Assembly (NCBI GenBank): GCA_050011355.1
Contig: JBEKJG010000009.1
Span: 13,521-77,520 of the forward strand
Direction: 5' to 3'
DNA: 64,000 nucleotides
DNA from: Thermoplasmata archaeon
Lineage (GTDB): Archaea > Thermoplasmatota > Thermoplasmata > Lutacidiplasmatales > UBA184
In this document: in pieces, positions 63,556-64,000 of the stretch
Layout: every line of letters begins with the position of its first letter
Numbering within the stretch: position 1 is the first letter of the stretch
Notes under the pieces: model-generated
The model's input: only the letters and a program-made list of their open reading frames with translations
Told to the model about the DNA's origin: nothing
Databases searched by the model: none
Translations under genes and position numbers: made by a program

Positions 63556-63665
63556 GTCGGTCGAGGAGCGGTGCCGAGTACTTGGGCGTTCTGGCCCCCA
63601 CGGAGCGCCTCTCGGCCGGAGTCGATAAAGAGGGTCGCCGGATGCCCCTCCCTCGAGGGAAGACG

Positions 63666-64000
63666 ATGCAGTACACGTGGCAAGAGGAGAATTCTACCGT
63701 GGCCGCGCTCCAGCCCGGGGCCGTCATCCTCTCCTCCTTCCCGAGCGCCGGACTCGCGACGACCGTCGCCGGCCACTACATGATCCGCGCGCTGAAGCTG
63801 CCCCGCATCGGGCGGTTCGAATCCCCCGACATCGCCCCCGTCGCGATCGTGCAGGGGGGCGAGGTGAACCCGACCATCCGGGTCTACGGCCGGGCCGACC
63901 TCGGCCTCGTCCTTTCGGAGTTTCCGCCCACGCCCAACCAGGCCAACTCCATCGCCCGGACGATCCTGGACACGGCGAGGACACGGAAGGCGAGAATGAT
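63666..64000 (+). CDS. PAC2-family proteasome assembly chaperone-like protein (5' part; runs off the window)
   Basis: Not in the ORF track because there is no stop inside the window. Hand translation from ATG 63666: MQYTWQEENSTVAALQPGAVILSSFPSAGLATTVAGHYMIRALKLPRIGRFESPDIAPVAIVQGGEVNPTIRVYG..., matching the PAC2 N-terminal pattern (L.GFPG.GL.G..A..YL). An alternative ATG lies at 63642. Confidence 0.6.
   Translation, partial: MQYTWQEENSTVAALQPGAVILSSFPSAGLATTVAGHYMIRALKLPRIGRFESPDIAPVAIVQGGEVNPTIRVYGRADLGLVLSEFPPTPNQANSIARTILDTARTRKARM

Noticed and set aside
63814-63824. GGTTCGAATCC, the canonical tRNA T-loop sequence
   Set aside because: The flanking bases (GGGC..CCCG) do not form a T-stem and no acceptor or anticodon arms can be drawn. 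It lies in frame inside the PAC2 coding sequence (..GRFESPD..).
1-64000. Search for mobile elements, CRISPR arrays and rRNA/tRNA genes
   Set aside because: I recognised no transposase, integrase or Cas signatures, no regularly spaced repeats, and no rRNA-like or cloverleaf-compatible segments in any intergenic region. The absence is by eye only; tRNAscan, Infernal or minced would be decisive.

Overview
High-GC archaeal chromosomal segment. Hand counts of sampled 60-nt lines give about 70-78% GC in core genes. The archaeal assignment rests on eS4/eL32/eL19 ribosomal proteins, RNase P Rpp29 inside the r-protein operon, Topo VI A/B, PriS primase, FEN1, Cbf5, Rio1 plus a KH (aDim2-like) protein, and PAC2. 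A Thermoplasmatota-like lineage is only a guess.

Layout:
(i) 0-4.6 kb: a membrane protein, DUF72, DUF2203 and tdh-kbl.
(ii) 4.8-21.2 kb: the canonical archaeal ribosomal superoperon (L3 to L15), then SecY, a DUF106/YidC-like insertase, Cmk and Cbf5.
(iii) 21-34 kb: MMPL transporter, Bcp, a small AsnC-type protein, CysRS, a YVTN beta-propeller surface protein, Topo VI B/A, Usp, a cation/H+ antiporter and a nitrilase-family hydrolase.
(iv) 34.3-46.9 kb: one long minus-strand unit. It holds the 11-subunit nuoABCDHIJKLMN (no nuoEFG in the window), coupled directly to a geranylgeranyl-reductase-family flavoprotein and an IspB-like long-chain prenyl diphosphate synthase.
(v) 47-53.6 kb, accessory stretch: a tandem-GNAT fusion, an enoyl-CoA hydratase broken by a perfect 25-bp tandem duplication, and a ~4.4 kb lower-GC islet. 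The islet carries two SAM methyltransferases, a GT2, a small ORF and a wHTH-nucleotidyltransferase.
(vi) 53.6-64 kb: SPFH/NfeD, a small metzincin-like protein, Rio1-KH-PriS, FAH, a RibD_C-like reductase, FTCD, FEN1 and the start of a PAC2 gene.

No rRNA, tRNA, CRISPR array, transposase or integrase was recognised. The six-frame track is full of long R/G/P/A-rich shadow ORFs caused by the GC content; I rejected these.

Most noteworthy observations:
- NuoI carries four complete 4Fe-4S motifs.
- nuo is translationally coupled to GGR and an IspB-like synthase.
- The conserved NuoL N-terminus has no canonical start codon.
- A 25-bp duplication creates a pseudogene.
- SecY has a two-helix N-terminal extension.
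- The low-GC islet is flanked by a 9-bp direct repeat.

I do not see a convincingly novel multi-gene system. The islet and the NuoI/GGR arrangement are the best candidates. All family calls come from motif recognition by eye; no searches were run.
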